DNA of 64,000 bases from Rhizaria sp. SCN 62-66 (Eukaryota). Position numbers and translations under genes: made by a program. The stretch is taken from positions 186,001 through 250,000 of the forward strand of contig MEDY01000004.1 of NCBI GenBank assembly GCA_001724265.1, given 5' to 3'. The notes beneath the pieces were generated by a model that did not search any database, was not told where the DNA came from, and saw only the letters and a list, made by a program, of their open reading frames with translations. Below, in pieces: positions 48,717 through 59,175 of this stretch; positions within the stretch are counted from its first letter, which is position 1; each line of letters starts with the position of its first letter.

Positions 48717-49679
48717 ATGCTCTCCCGAACACTGTCCCGGGCCGTCTTCGGCCCCGCGCGCGCAGCGCCGCTCTTGGTCCGCGCCTCGCGTCTGGCTCCC
48801 ATCACAGGAATGTTCACCCCTTGTGTTGCGTCCACGCCGCGCTTCCGCTTCAGCTCCGCCAAGAATGACGACGCGGCGCAGCCCAGCGGCATGCAGCACG
48901 CCCCGGTCTACAACAGCAGCAGCCACAACCTGACTGCCCGCGAGCTCGAGCTGGAGGAGCTGAAGCAGCGTCTGCGCGCGCTGGGTCCCTCACCGCTGGC
49001 AAAGCAGCTGGGCCGCGACGCCGACGTGCCGGCCGACTACCGCGACCCGCGCTCTGTGTCTGGCAACCCCGCGCTCGCCACCGTGCCCGTCCGCGCCATC
49101 GACGATAGCGACGCGGCTGCGACCGCCGAGTCGACCGCGACTGCTGCGGCGGCGACGGGTGCGGAGCCCAAGCGCCGGCTGGTGCGCGACGAGGAGGAGA
49201 CCGCCGTGTTTCACCACTCGCCCGCGCCCATCGCCGTCGGCAGCGCGCACACGGTGGCTCCCAGTGACACAACCGCAGTCAGCGACGGCCCCGGCGGGGT
49301 GGCGATCGGCCAGGTGTCGCCGCGCATCGTGATCGGCATGACGTGCGGCGTGTGCAACACGCGCCTGGTCAAGACCATGTCTAAGCTGTCGTACACCAAG
49401 GGTGTGGTGCTGATCCGCTGTGACGGGTGCAGCAACACGCACCTGGTGGCCGACAACCTGGGTTGGTTCGACGACCACAGCGTTAACATCGAAGACATCA
49501 TGCGCGAGCAGGGCCAGGAAGTCACGCGCGCCTCGGCTGACGACGGCATCGACGCGCTGACCCCCGAGGTTGTGGACAGGATTGCCCGCCTCGCCAAGGA
49601 GGCCCGCGAGAGCGACCTGGCCGCGCCACTCACCGGCGTCGCGGGACTCAAGGCCAATGAGAGCAAGGATGCCAAGTGA
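48717..49679 (+). CDS. DNLZ: Mitochondrial DNL-type zinc-finger Hsp70 escort protein (Zim17/Hep1/DNLZ)
   Basis: TCGVCNTR...MSKLSYTKGVVLIRCDGCSNTHLVADNLGWF; Arg/Ser-rich, acid-free N-terminal presequence; ends in TGA. Confidence 0.9.
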   Translation: MLSRTLSRAVFGPARAAPLLVRASRLAPITGMFTPCVASTPRFRFSSAKNDDAAQPSGMQHAPVYNSSSHNLTARELELEELKQRLRALGPSPLAKQLGRDADVPADYRDPRSVSGNPALATVPVRAIDDSDAAATAESTATAAAATGAEPKRRLVRDEEETAVFHHSPAPIAVGSAHTVAPSDTTAVSDGPGGVAIGQVSPRIVIGMTCGVCNTRLVKTMSKLSYTKGVVLIRCDGCSNTHLVADNLGWFDDHSVNIEDIMREQGQEVTRASADDGIDALTPEVVDRIARLAKEARESDLAAPLTGVAGLKANESKDAK

Positions 49680-49972
49680 GCCCGCTATTTATCTAGGACT
49701 TGGGACATAATGGGATCGTGTTGTCGTGTGTGTTTGAAGAAGAGCATATGTTTGGTCGTAATTTAAGCGTGATCTCTTTTGCCGTTCTCGGGCCAACCAA
49801 TACATAATGCATTGCCTAAACAAAATGAGGATTTCTTGTGGTTACATCAACACATGTGTGTGTATTTGAAAGTAAGACAAACGAAAACACTAGTTATTGT
49901 ACAGAACAGAGACAAACCGTATCTACAAATCGAACCTCACTATTTGAAGTGCGGTTACCAAGTCCGCACACT

Positions 49973-51325
49973 TCAGCGGCGCGAGGGCTGCTCCATGGCG
50001 CGCTGGACGAGGATCTTGAACTCGCTCTTAGTGTACGAGTCCGAAGACAGCGAGTGGAAGCTGTCCATAGCGTAGCCAAGCCCCTCGAGCGCGCCGCGCG
50101 CCTGCTCCTGCGTGAGCACGCCCTTGTGCGCGGCGTCGACCATGCCGAAGTAGGCGTCGATATCCTCGTCGGTGAAGAGCGAGAGCGCCGACAGCGCACC
50201 CTGGGCCTCCTGCAGTCGCTGCAGCTCGCGCACAATGAACGCGCGCGCGTCAGCGGGCTTGTGGTACACGAGGCTGGCGCAGATGCGCTCCATGGTGGTC
50301 AGAACGCCGTGCTTCTCGAGGTACGCGGCGGCCGACTTGACCGCGTCGTCGCGCTCCTCGGTCATGACGGCGAAGCGCGTGAGCGTCACGCCCGCCTGCT
50401 CCAGCGAGACCTTGACGCGCGCCACGGCCGCTGTCGCGGGCAGCAGGTCCGCGCCGGCGCCGCCCACGGCCGCGGAGGCCGACGAGGACGTGGAGAGCGC
50501 GGCCGTGACAGAGGCGCCGTCGGCCGCGGCGGCGGTGCCAGGCAGCAGGTGCAGCGCACACACGGCGTCGAGGATCACGTGCGCGTTGTACCCGAGCTTC
50601 TGCGCCGCGATGGCCGTGCGCGCAAGGGCGCCCTCAAAGGCGAGCCCGACGAAGTAGACGTCGCTGACGTTGGCGGCCGAGAGCACGCGCGCGAGCTGGG
50701 TCTGGCGCAGTGTGATGTCGTCACTGAAGAGGTCGGGCGAGTCCTCGTCGGGGTTGGTGCCCTTGCGGATCACGACGTCGCCGGAGTAGCGCTGCAACGC
50801 GGGCGCAAAGGCGGCGCCGTGCGAGTCCTGCAGGCAGTGGTCGGGCCACACGGTCTGCTCCATCAGCCGCGTCGGGTCCGCCTTGGAGGGCAGCGTGACC
50901 GTTGTGAAGGGCAACACGCGCTGCGTCTCCAGGTGGTGTGACAGCAGCGAGACGTGCGACGGCGGGTGCCAGTCCTGCGACAGCACGACCACGTCAAAGC
51001 GGAACGCGTTGCGGATCTTGTTGATGACAGAGACGGCCTGGTCAGACTTGGGGTAGGGCACGGTGCCACCCGTCATGAAGTCGTTCTGCACGTCCACGAT
51101 GATGAGCGCAGACTTGCGGCCGCGAGGAGGCTCAAGACTGTTAGTGAAGAGGCACAAATAATAACAGTCATATGAACTGTGTAAGCCATGGTTAGGAACG
51201 CGCATATCAAGTCATGCCGCGGTCGTGAGGTGCGAATAAGAGAATGTTGGTAGTATGAAGGGGGCTGGGACGTACGTGCTCTGCTTGGCCTCGTAGACGA
51301 GCTGAGCATCAAGATCAGTTGCCAT
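49973..51325 (-). CDS. Nicotinamidase (PncA/Pnc1)-like domain fused to an EFCAB10-like docking + EF-hand domain; exons 51325-51276, 51137-49973
   Basis: ALIIVDVQNDF, SQDWHPPSH, WPDHC and IRKG, followed by YLEKHGV...SLVYHKPADARAFIVREL...DIDAYFGMVDAAHKGVLTQEQARGALEGLG. Intron is GTACGT...CTAACAG; ends in TGA. Confidence 0.85.
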
Positions 51326-51740
51326 GGTAGGGCTGTGTTGGTAGAAACCTCGCACTAGAAAGTCGCTTCAATGCGAACAAGTGACAGGTAGAGACTGTGC
51401 GCAAGGGCGAAAGAGTATCAAAATGTCTATGACTCGACTCAGAGAGTGTGTGAAGACCTGTGCCGAGGGAGACAAAGAAAAGCAATTGTAGGGTGTTAAT
51501 TAAAAATAACAAATAGTGGTACATGTTGAAACCCAAGAAAAGTTGCAATAAAGCAACCAGACGGATGCTTGGTGGTCTGGGACCGTCATTTTAGAATTGA
51601 ACCGTTACACGCAGCGTGTGGTCGCCGACTGCCGACTCGTTTGCTCACGGTCACTTCTCGGCGGGCCGATTTCGGGCCCGAGCGGGGGGCCGAAAAAGTT
51701 CGGCAATGCATTTCATGAAATAGCTTATCGGCACCTACTG

Positions 51741-51758
51741 TGACGTGATTTGACGTAA
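51741..51758 (+). promoter_or_regulatory. Tandem CRE/UPRE-like TGACGT elements in the divergent promoter upstream of the bZIP gene
   Basis: TGACGTGA at 51741 and TGACGTAA at 51751, 10 bp apart, about 150 bp upstream of ATG 51902. Confidence 0.35.
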
Positions 51759-51901
51759 TTGATACCAACTTATGCGATGTAATGTACTTATATAATTATT
51801 ATATTTTTGCCACTCTTCTTAGCGATAGTATATCACCAACTAACCACGCTTCACGTTATCTGCTGCCGTCATCTCTCCCACTTCCCCAGCCTGATCCCAG
51901 C

Positions 51902-54339
51902 ATGTCCCTGTCGTTTGACGCGGTGCATGCGCACAACTTCGACCCGGCGATGTATACCAACACGAAAAACTCCATCGCAGCTGCTGCGGCGCGCGGTGAG
52001 CATGCTCCTGACGGAGTTATGAGTTTGGACGACGTTCTGGGTGACTCGGGCGCGCTCGACGCCCACGTCGCCCCTGTTCTCGCCACAGCGCGCCTGCCCG
52101 CCTCCGGCGCGTCTGCAAGCGTGGTTAACACGTCCCTGGCTGCCAAGAACCAACCCTACGACGCCCCCGAAGGCGGATTCCTGAATTTGTCGTCGGGAAT
52201 GTCGCTGGGTGCTTCTGTCAGCGATGACGACCACTCCGCTCAGATCCGTTCAAACATGGCAGTCGCGCCGACCGTCGCCCTGGCCTCTGACCCTGGTCCT
52301 CTGGTCGCGCTGCCGAACATTGTGCCGCCGATCTCGCCCAAGCGCGCTTCTCTGGCCCACGAGTCTGTCCCGTCCTCACCCTTCTCCTCCCACGCTGGCT
52401 CCGACAACGACGACCACGTTCCTGTCCAGCAACAGGCCCGGCAGCCACTGGTCGAGGACCCTTCGCCCACCCGTGGCGGCCGCGCGCTGCCCGTGCCCAT
52501 TCTCACCGCACAGACCGAGCCCACCGAGGACCCCCTTGCGCAGTTCACGAACTACACAGGCACCGCGGCCGGCAGCAACGCCGGGGGCTCCTTCTTCCCG
52601 CTCGGCGGCTACGGCAACTTCCTTCTCGGCAGCGGCGGCGGCGGCGGCGGCAACGGCGACGACGACGACGACGGCAACGACGAGCGCCGCCGCCGCCTCG
52701 CCGCAGCTTTCGGCCACCACGGCAACGGCGGCTACCGCTACGACAACGACGACGACGATGACAACGACCGCAGCAGCAGCAGCAGCAGCAGCGGCAGCAG
52801 CAGCAGCAGCAGCAGCAGTAGCAGCAGCAGCAGCAGCGGCAGCAGCGGCGGCAATAAGGACGTCGGCGAGGACGCGGTGGGCGTGAGCGGGCGCGAGGCC
52901 ATCATCGCCGCGACCGGCCTGGCTTCTACCGTGGACACGATGAACGGCGCGCAGATGGCGCCGCTGATGCAGATGCATCACCGCGGTGGTGACATGGACG
53001 CGCTGGGCCCGCTCGGCTACGCGCACCACGGCCACCAACACAGCATGAGTCCCGCTCACGGTCACTCCCACAGTCACCACGGGCTTACTCATGGCCACGG
53101 GCACATGATGTCCCCTGCGCAGTCCTCGTCCTCGTCCTCGTCGTCCTCCGCGGCGTCCTCGTCCTCCTCGTCGTCCGGCGCCGCGGCGTCGCACCCACAC
53201 GTGCATGCACACCTCCGCGCCTCCATCGCCGCCCACACACAGTCCCTCGCCCACGGCCACGGCCACAGCCACGGCCTCTCTGGCCACCACGGCGCCCACG
53301 GTCACGGCGTGGTGTCCCTGGGCCCGGACCAGTCGTGCGCGTCCAGCGCCGGCCTCGGCGTGTCCGGGCTGCCTCCGCACTACGGCCCCGTCCCGGCTTC
53401 GGCCGCGCTCGGCGCGCTCGACTCGGCCGGCACCGGGAGCGCGGCGGGCTACTACCACGCGGCCGCGGCCACGGCCTCGGCGTCGACGGTCTACGTCGGC
53501 CACGTCGCCGCGCACCCGCACGCTCACGGCCATGCAAACCCCCACCCCCACGGCCACGGCCACGGCCACCACGGGCACAACCACCTGATCCAGCCCACGG
53601 TGTCCGCGGCCGACGCGGGCGCGCTGGGCGTCGCCAGCGCGCTCGCCGCGCAGCAGCAGCCCGCCGCCAGCGCCGGCACCCCCATGGCGACGGGAACCGG
53701 CCGGCCGGCACGCGGCAAGCGCTCCGCCGCCGCCGCCTCAGCCGCTGCTGGGACCGCGGGCTCCCGCCGCACGTCCTCGGCCTCCGCCTCCGGGGTCGCC
53801 GACCACCACGGTGGCGTCAACCACAACGGCAACGGCGGCATGTCCGCGGCGGCGCTGCACATGCCGCTGCTACCGCAACCGTCGTCGGTGGAGCTGTACA
53901 ACCGGCTGGGCCTCGCCTCGGCCTCGCTGCTCGCCGGCGCGGGCTCGACCGGCTCCGGTTCCGGCAGCGAGAGCGCGCGCTCCCGCGGCGCGACGCTAGC
54001 GCTGTCCACCGCGCGCGCCAGCGTGCTTGCTAACGCGGAGGAGGCGGTGGACGACGACGAGGAGATGATCGAGTTCCTCGAGTCGCGCGCGGGCCAGAGA
54101 CTGACCAAGAAGGACCGCAATAAGCTCTCGGCGATGAAGTACCGCAAGAAGCGCAAGATGTTCCTCTCGGGACTTGAGGACAAGGTCGGCGACCTGGAGA
54201 CGCTGATCCACATGCAGCAGCAGGACATCGCCAAGCTGGCCCAGGACAACCTGCGCCTGCAGCAGCAGCTTGTCACGGCGGGGCTCATCCCCGTCACCGT
54301 GCTTCCCGCCAAGCCCGGCCGCAAGCCCAAGGCCGTGAC

Positions 54340-54370
<31 letters not shown>

Positions 54371-55915
54371 GCGGCTGCCGTTGCGGGGCCCGGCGCGGCC
54401 CAGCTGGGCGCCCCGGGCACTCTCGGCGCCGGCTACGCGCAGATGGCCGTGGCCGCCTCGGCCGCCGCCAACGGGGCCGCCGGCGGTGCCGCCATGCAAC
54501 AGGCCAAGCGCGCGCGCGCCGCGTCCTCCACCGGCGCCGCCGCGGCCCGCCGCACCGCTTCCACGGCCACCGGCGTGTCTGCCGCTCTGCTCGCTAATGC
54601 CAGCAACGCCAGCGCCATCGCGATTGAGGACAACAGCGAGCACCAGCTGGCACCCCCCGCGGCCTCGGCCGGCGGCTCGCTGCTCTTCGTGCTCTTCTCC
54701 TGCCTGCTCGTCTTCGCGCCCGCGACGCTCGGCGCGCTCCACGACGCCGGTGCCCTCGCGACCCACGGCAGCGCCGCGCTCGCGGTTGACGCGGCGGCCT
54801 TCGCGCCTGCCGCCGTCGCGGGCGAGGACCGCCACGCGCCCGCTGCCTCGGCGGCCGCGCGCACGCTGCTCTCCGTCGCCGACACCGCCGTTGACAGCGC
54901 TGCTTCTGCCGACGCTGACTGGCTGGCCAAGGCGTCGGCCGCGCCGCTCTCGCTGCCCACTGTGACCGTGAGCGCCCCAGCGTCCCCGGCGGCCGCGTGG
55001 CTGTCCGCGGCCGCCGCGGTCGTCGCGCCCTCGTCCCGCGGCTCGGCCGGCGCGTTGCTGCTGGCGCTGTGGCAGTCACTGGTGCCCGTCGCGCTGCTGC
55101 TGCTCGCGCAGCGCGTCGGCGTCGTCGCGCGCGTCAAGCTGGCACTCGGCAGCAAGCCCGCTCTCACTGACGTCAAGGCTGCTTCCATCGCCCAGTGCGA
55201 TGCCGCGGAAGTTGAGGCCGAGGCTGCTGCTGCTGCTGCTGACACTGTCGCTGACGACGACGATGCCGACGCTGACACCACTGGCGCTGGCTCTGTCGAC
55301 GCCGCGGACGTCCTCGTTGCCGAGGACGAGGACTGCGACGACGATTGCGGGTCTGACCGCGTAGCGGCCTCGGATGAGGACTTTGGCGACGGCGAGCACA
55401 GCGACGACGCAGATGCCTACGCCGACTCGGTCTCCGACGCCGACGCAGACACCAAGGCCGAGGCCGAGGCTAAGACTGCTGCCATCGCCACCAACAAGAG
55501 CGTCGTGAGCGCTGACAAGAAGGATACTGCCGCTGCCGACTCTGCTGTCCCCGAGGCCGCCATTGCTACCGCGCCTGTGACCGCGACCGCGACTGTGGCC
55601 GTTGAATCCGCAGAGCCTGTGGTGCCGGAGCTGGACGAGATCGCCGCCATGAAGACGGCCGCGCTCATCACCCAGCGCGTCATCCCGCGCCGCGTCCGCG
55701 TCCCCGGCGCCGCCGCCTCCTCCGCGTCCGGCGCCGGCGCTGGCAACGGCGCGGCGACGGCGGCCGACGAGTCGGGCGCCCTCTCCGCGGCCGCGCTGGA
55801 CGACACCGAGGATGACCTCAACCCGCCCGGGTTCGACGCGGAGGCCTTCGCGGCGCCGCGCGTCATCGGCGACGACGCGGACCCCGACGGCGGCCAGCCC
55901 GGCAAGGCCTGTTAA
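51902..55915 (+). CDS. Membrane-tethered bZIP transcription factor (ATF6/CREB3/bZIP28-like architecture)
   Basis: Basic region KKDRNKLSAMKYRKKRK plus a leucine heptad (about 54100-54270), TM-like SLLFVLFSCLLVFAP (about 54675-54722), and RTLL at 54860-54871; ends in TAA. Confidence 0.8.
52771..52845 (+). repeat. Imperfect (AGC)n coding microsatellite giving poly-Ser in the bZIP; one of many trinucleotide tracts in the CDSs
   Basis: Directly visible cagcagcagc run encoding SSSSSSSGSSSS... Confidence 0.85.
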
Positions 55916-57027
55916 GCGCCTAACCAGCAAACATGTACAGCATGTCTGCGGTTTGCCATTGTGTGTTCATGGACGGGGCTATTACTGTTGGGACGATGTT
56001 GGATGCATGACGTGTTGCTCAGAACCCAAACACGCTGTATACGCACACTAGCTATCTCTCTAATATTCGCTCTTGCTATAACCATTGCACTTTCTGCCAT
56101 CGCTGCCCATTGGTTGCGTTGGTGGCCATCAAACAAGGTTGTTTGAATGAAACTCGTTTATGAAATCTGTTTTGTTTGAATCCACTCTCGTTTTTTTTTG
56201 TTGAATGTTTCTTTAATCACAACAACATAGCCATTTACATTTTAGCCTTTATTTCTCGGGTGGATCTTCAGACGTGTGTTGTTTCACTTATGATAACGAC
56301 AACTTTGCGTCGCTGCACGAGTCCTTTTGAGTGCAATTAATTGTAGCTCGTTACATCGCACAACACACTCTGAATTAAACACTGGCGTGTATTATGGCGC
56401 TCATGGCATTCGTGACGTTTTTTAACCATCGATTCAGAACACACCAACATGTTTCTGTCGCACGCTACGGGTACACGGCACTCTCTAATAATGCTCATGG
56501 CGTTTGTTCAAGTATATTTTCTGTATTCCTAATCTCAATGGCAAACGTCTGCACCGCGTTTTTGTGTGTGTCATGTCCCATTGCCCCCGTTTATGATTGG
56601 TTTCTTGAAGCGTCTCTTAGGCACTCCACACTTTCCTGGCTTGCATGCATTCTCATGCAGTACTTCTGCATATAAGTTTATTTTACTTGACGATACACTA
56701 CTTTACGATTCATCTTCTTTAAATTTCCGTGCATTTGCGTTTATATCATTTTAATCAATTGTTTCTAGTTGCTACGCACTCCATTTATAGTGGTGCTGTA
56801 TTAGTTTAATCATCACAGAATTGTCGATCTTGTCTCACCACGCCAGCCATCCACTCTCTCGAGTCGCTCAACCATTGATAACAACATAGAAAATACTCTA
56901 GAGAGTGTAAGCTATGCTCAAAGAGAATCAAAGTCAAAGCAGCGAAACAGCGGGGACTGAACCCACGTGGTCACATGTAAGCTTAGTGTCATTTCCTCAG
57001 CGGAAAAAGGCGCTGCTGCTGCTGCAT

Positions 57028-58377
57028 TTACGCGTTCTTGGCCTTCTTGTCAGTGTGCGTGACCTCTTCGGCGGACTCCTTGGCGGCGCGCGCGGTCTGC
57101 TCGGCGGGAGCGCAGTACTTGCCAGCGAACTCTGCCGGGACCTCGCCGCCGGAGAGCACGTCTTGGAGGAACTTGGGGAGCACAAACGCGGCAGAGTGGA
57201 GCTCGGAGGTGTAGTACTTGAGGCCGAAGCCCTCGGGCACGGTGCGGACGGGGACCTTGCAGGACACGGTCTTGACACTGGCGTCGGCGGAGGCCTTGCC
57301 GCAGATGATGAAACCGATCTGGCCGAGCGGGTAGGTGGGGATCTGAGTGGTGGCGTACTCAACCGTCTCGAACACGTTCATGGCGCGGACCTCAGCGATG
57401 AGGCGCGCGATGAGCTGCACGTCCTTCCACATCGACTCGCCTTGCGTGGCGACGCGGCCGCCGGGGGCGAGCGCGGCGGCGAGGTCGGCGTAGAAGGGGC
57501 GCTCGAAGAGCGCAGCGGCGGGGCCCACGGGGTCGGAGGTGTCGGCGACGATGACATCGAACTTGCCCTTGTTCTCCTCGGCCTTGATGTAGACCGAAGC
57601 GTCGCCGCAGATGAGCTTCACCTTGGGGTTGTCCCACGCAGAGGCAATGTGGGGGAAGTACTTCTTGCCGCAGTCGATGACCATCTGGTCGATCTCGCAG
57701 ATGTGGACCTCCTCGACGCTGTCGTGGCGCAGGACCTCGCGGATGACGCCGCCGTCGCCGCCGCCGATGATGAGCACCTTCTTGGGGTTAGCGTGGGAGA
57801 AGAGAGGGATGTGCGCGATAGGCTCCTGGTACGCGATCTCATCGAAGTCGGTGATCTGGACGACGCCGTCGAGGACAAGGACGTTGCCGAAGGTCTTGGA
57901 CTTGAACACGACGACGTGCTGTTTGAGTGTGCGGGGTTGATGTTGATGAAGGACATAAAAGAGAGGTTAAAGAGTAAGGGACACTGCTGCTGATTGACAG
58001 GTTGTCAAGCTATTATTCCACTGAAAGAAGGCAATATGCAGCCGAGAGATCAAAGTATGCCGGATTCAGAGTCAACCGCAAGTGTGGAGTGGGAATGTGC
58101 GTACCTGGTAATCGGACTTGGCGTCGTGGAGGACCTCCTCAACCTCGAGAGCAAGGGCAGTGCCTACACATAGTTGGTACAGAGAGATAAGAAGTGACAC
58201 AAGTGAGACTCACGGCAGAGTGACAAGAGGCGTGGCATTGTGTCGACAGGCATCCCAAGTGATGCGAGAAGTGCCAGCGGCGAAGGTGCATCTTGGCGTA
58301 TAGAGAAAGTGGATTAACGTACCAGGCCACTGCTCGTTGACCTCAACAAACCATCCCTTCATCTTGTCGAAAGACAT
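57028..58377 (-). CDS. SRM: Spermidine synthase; exons 58377-58323, 58163-58105, 57918-57028
   Basis: GWFVEVNEQWPG|TALALEVEEVLHDAKSDYQ|HVVVFKSKTFGNVLVLDGVVQ, KVLIIGGGDGG, CEID, FDVIVADTSDPVGPA and IPTYPLGQIGF. Introns are GTACGT..TAG and GTACGC..CAG; ends in TAA. Confidence 0.95.
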
Positions 58378-59175
58378 TGCGAAAACGAACGCTGCAAGGC
58401 AGGAAACAGAGAGAAACACAGAAAGCGATGAGCAAGCGCACGACTAAGATGACGAGCGAACAAACAGGCCTCACACGCTCAAACAACGAGTTGATAGAGG
58501 AATAAAATATTTTGACGGTGGAAATCAACAAATAAAACGACCATTCAGAAGTCTTTGAGTTGGATTATGAAGCGATAAAGCAAGGCTCATCAAATTGCGC
58601 TGCATCTTCAATCAAGCTGATCCGATCGTCACTGGCGGTAGCGGGCTGGGCCAGCAAGCGATTTTTTGCGAACTCTCGAGCGTGCACCATCTCCACACAC
58701 ACTTTCTCGTTTTAATCAACGTTCAAAGCACATTAGGCATCCGACCGCTGCAACTGCAGCGCTACTATGGTATACTACACATTTAGACCTACGATATCCC
58801 GTGTTTATACTACTTCAAGCGATCACTTGACTGTGAATGTCTCAGTTGGAAGACACACCGGAAGCGTGCCATCGAATCTACGTGACTTTGACACTTTATG
58901 TACTGTAGCTCACTGCTGTTTCACTTCGTGCATATGTACTCGATCTTTTCACATTACGCGCATTTTAAAATACTATGTTAGCCTTGCTATAACTCAGAAA
59001 AACTCAATTTCTGGCTGAAGAAGCCTCTATCAAACCAACACAGGCTCATCCTTGTTGCTGCCCGCTTCAGCTAAACCCGACACAGCGGCCCACAGGCTGT
59101 CACCAGCTTTGCGAGCAGTTCTAACCCGCGGTACCCGCTTTACCGCCTCCGGCGCCGTCCGCCCATCCCAACTGG

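Noticed and set aside
46580-50941. Long antisense/overlapping ORFs (e.g. 46580-48265+, 49838-50941+, also 2567-4135+ and 56914-57993+)
   Set aside because: Shadow ORFs expected opposite GC3-rich genes; no recognisable protein features.
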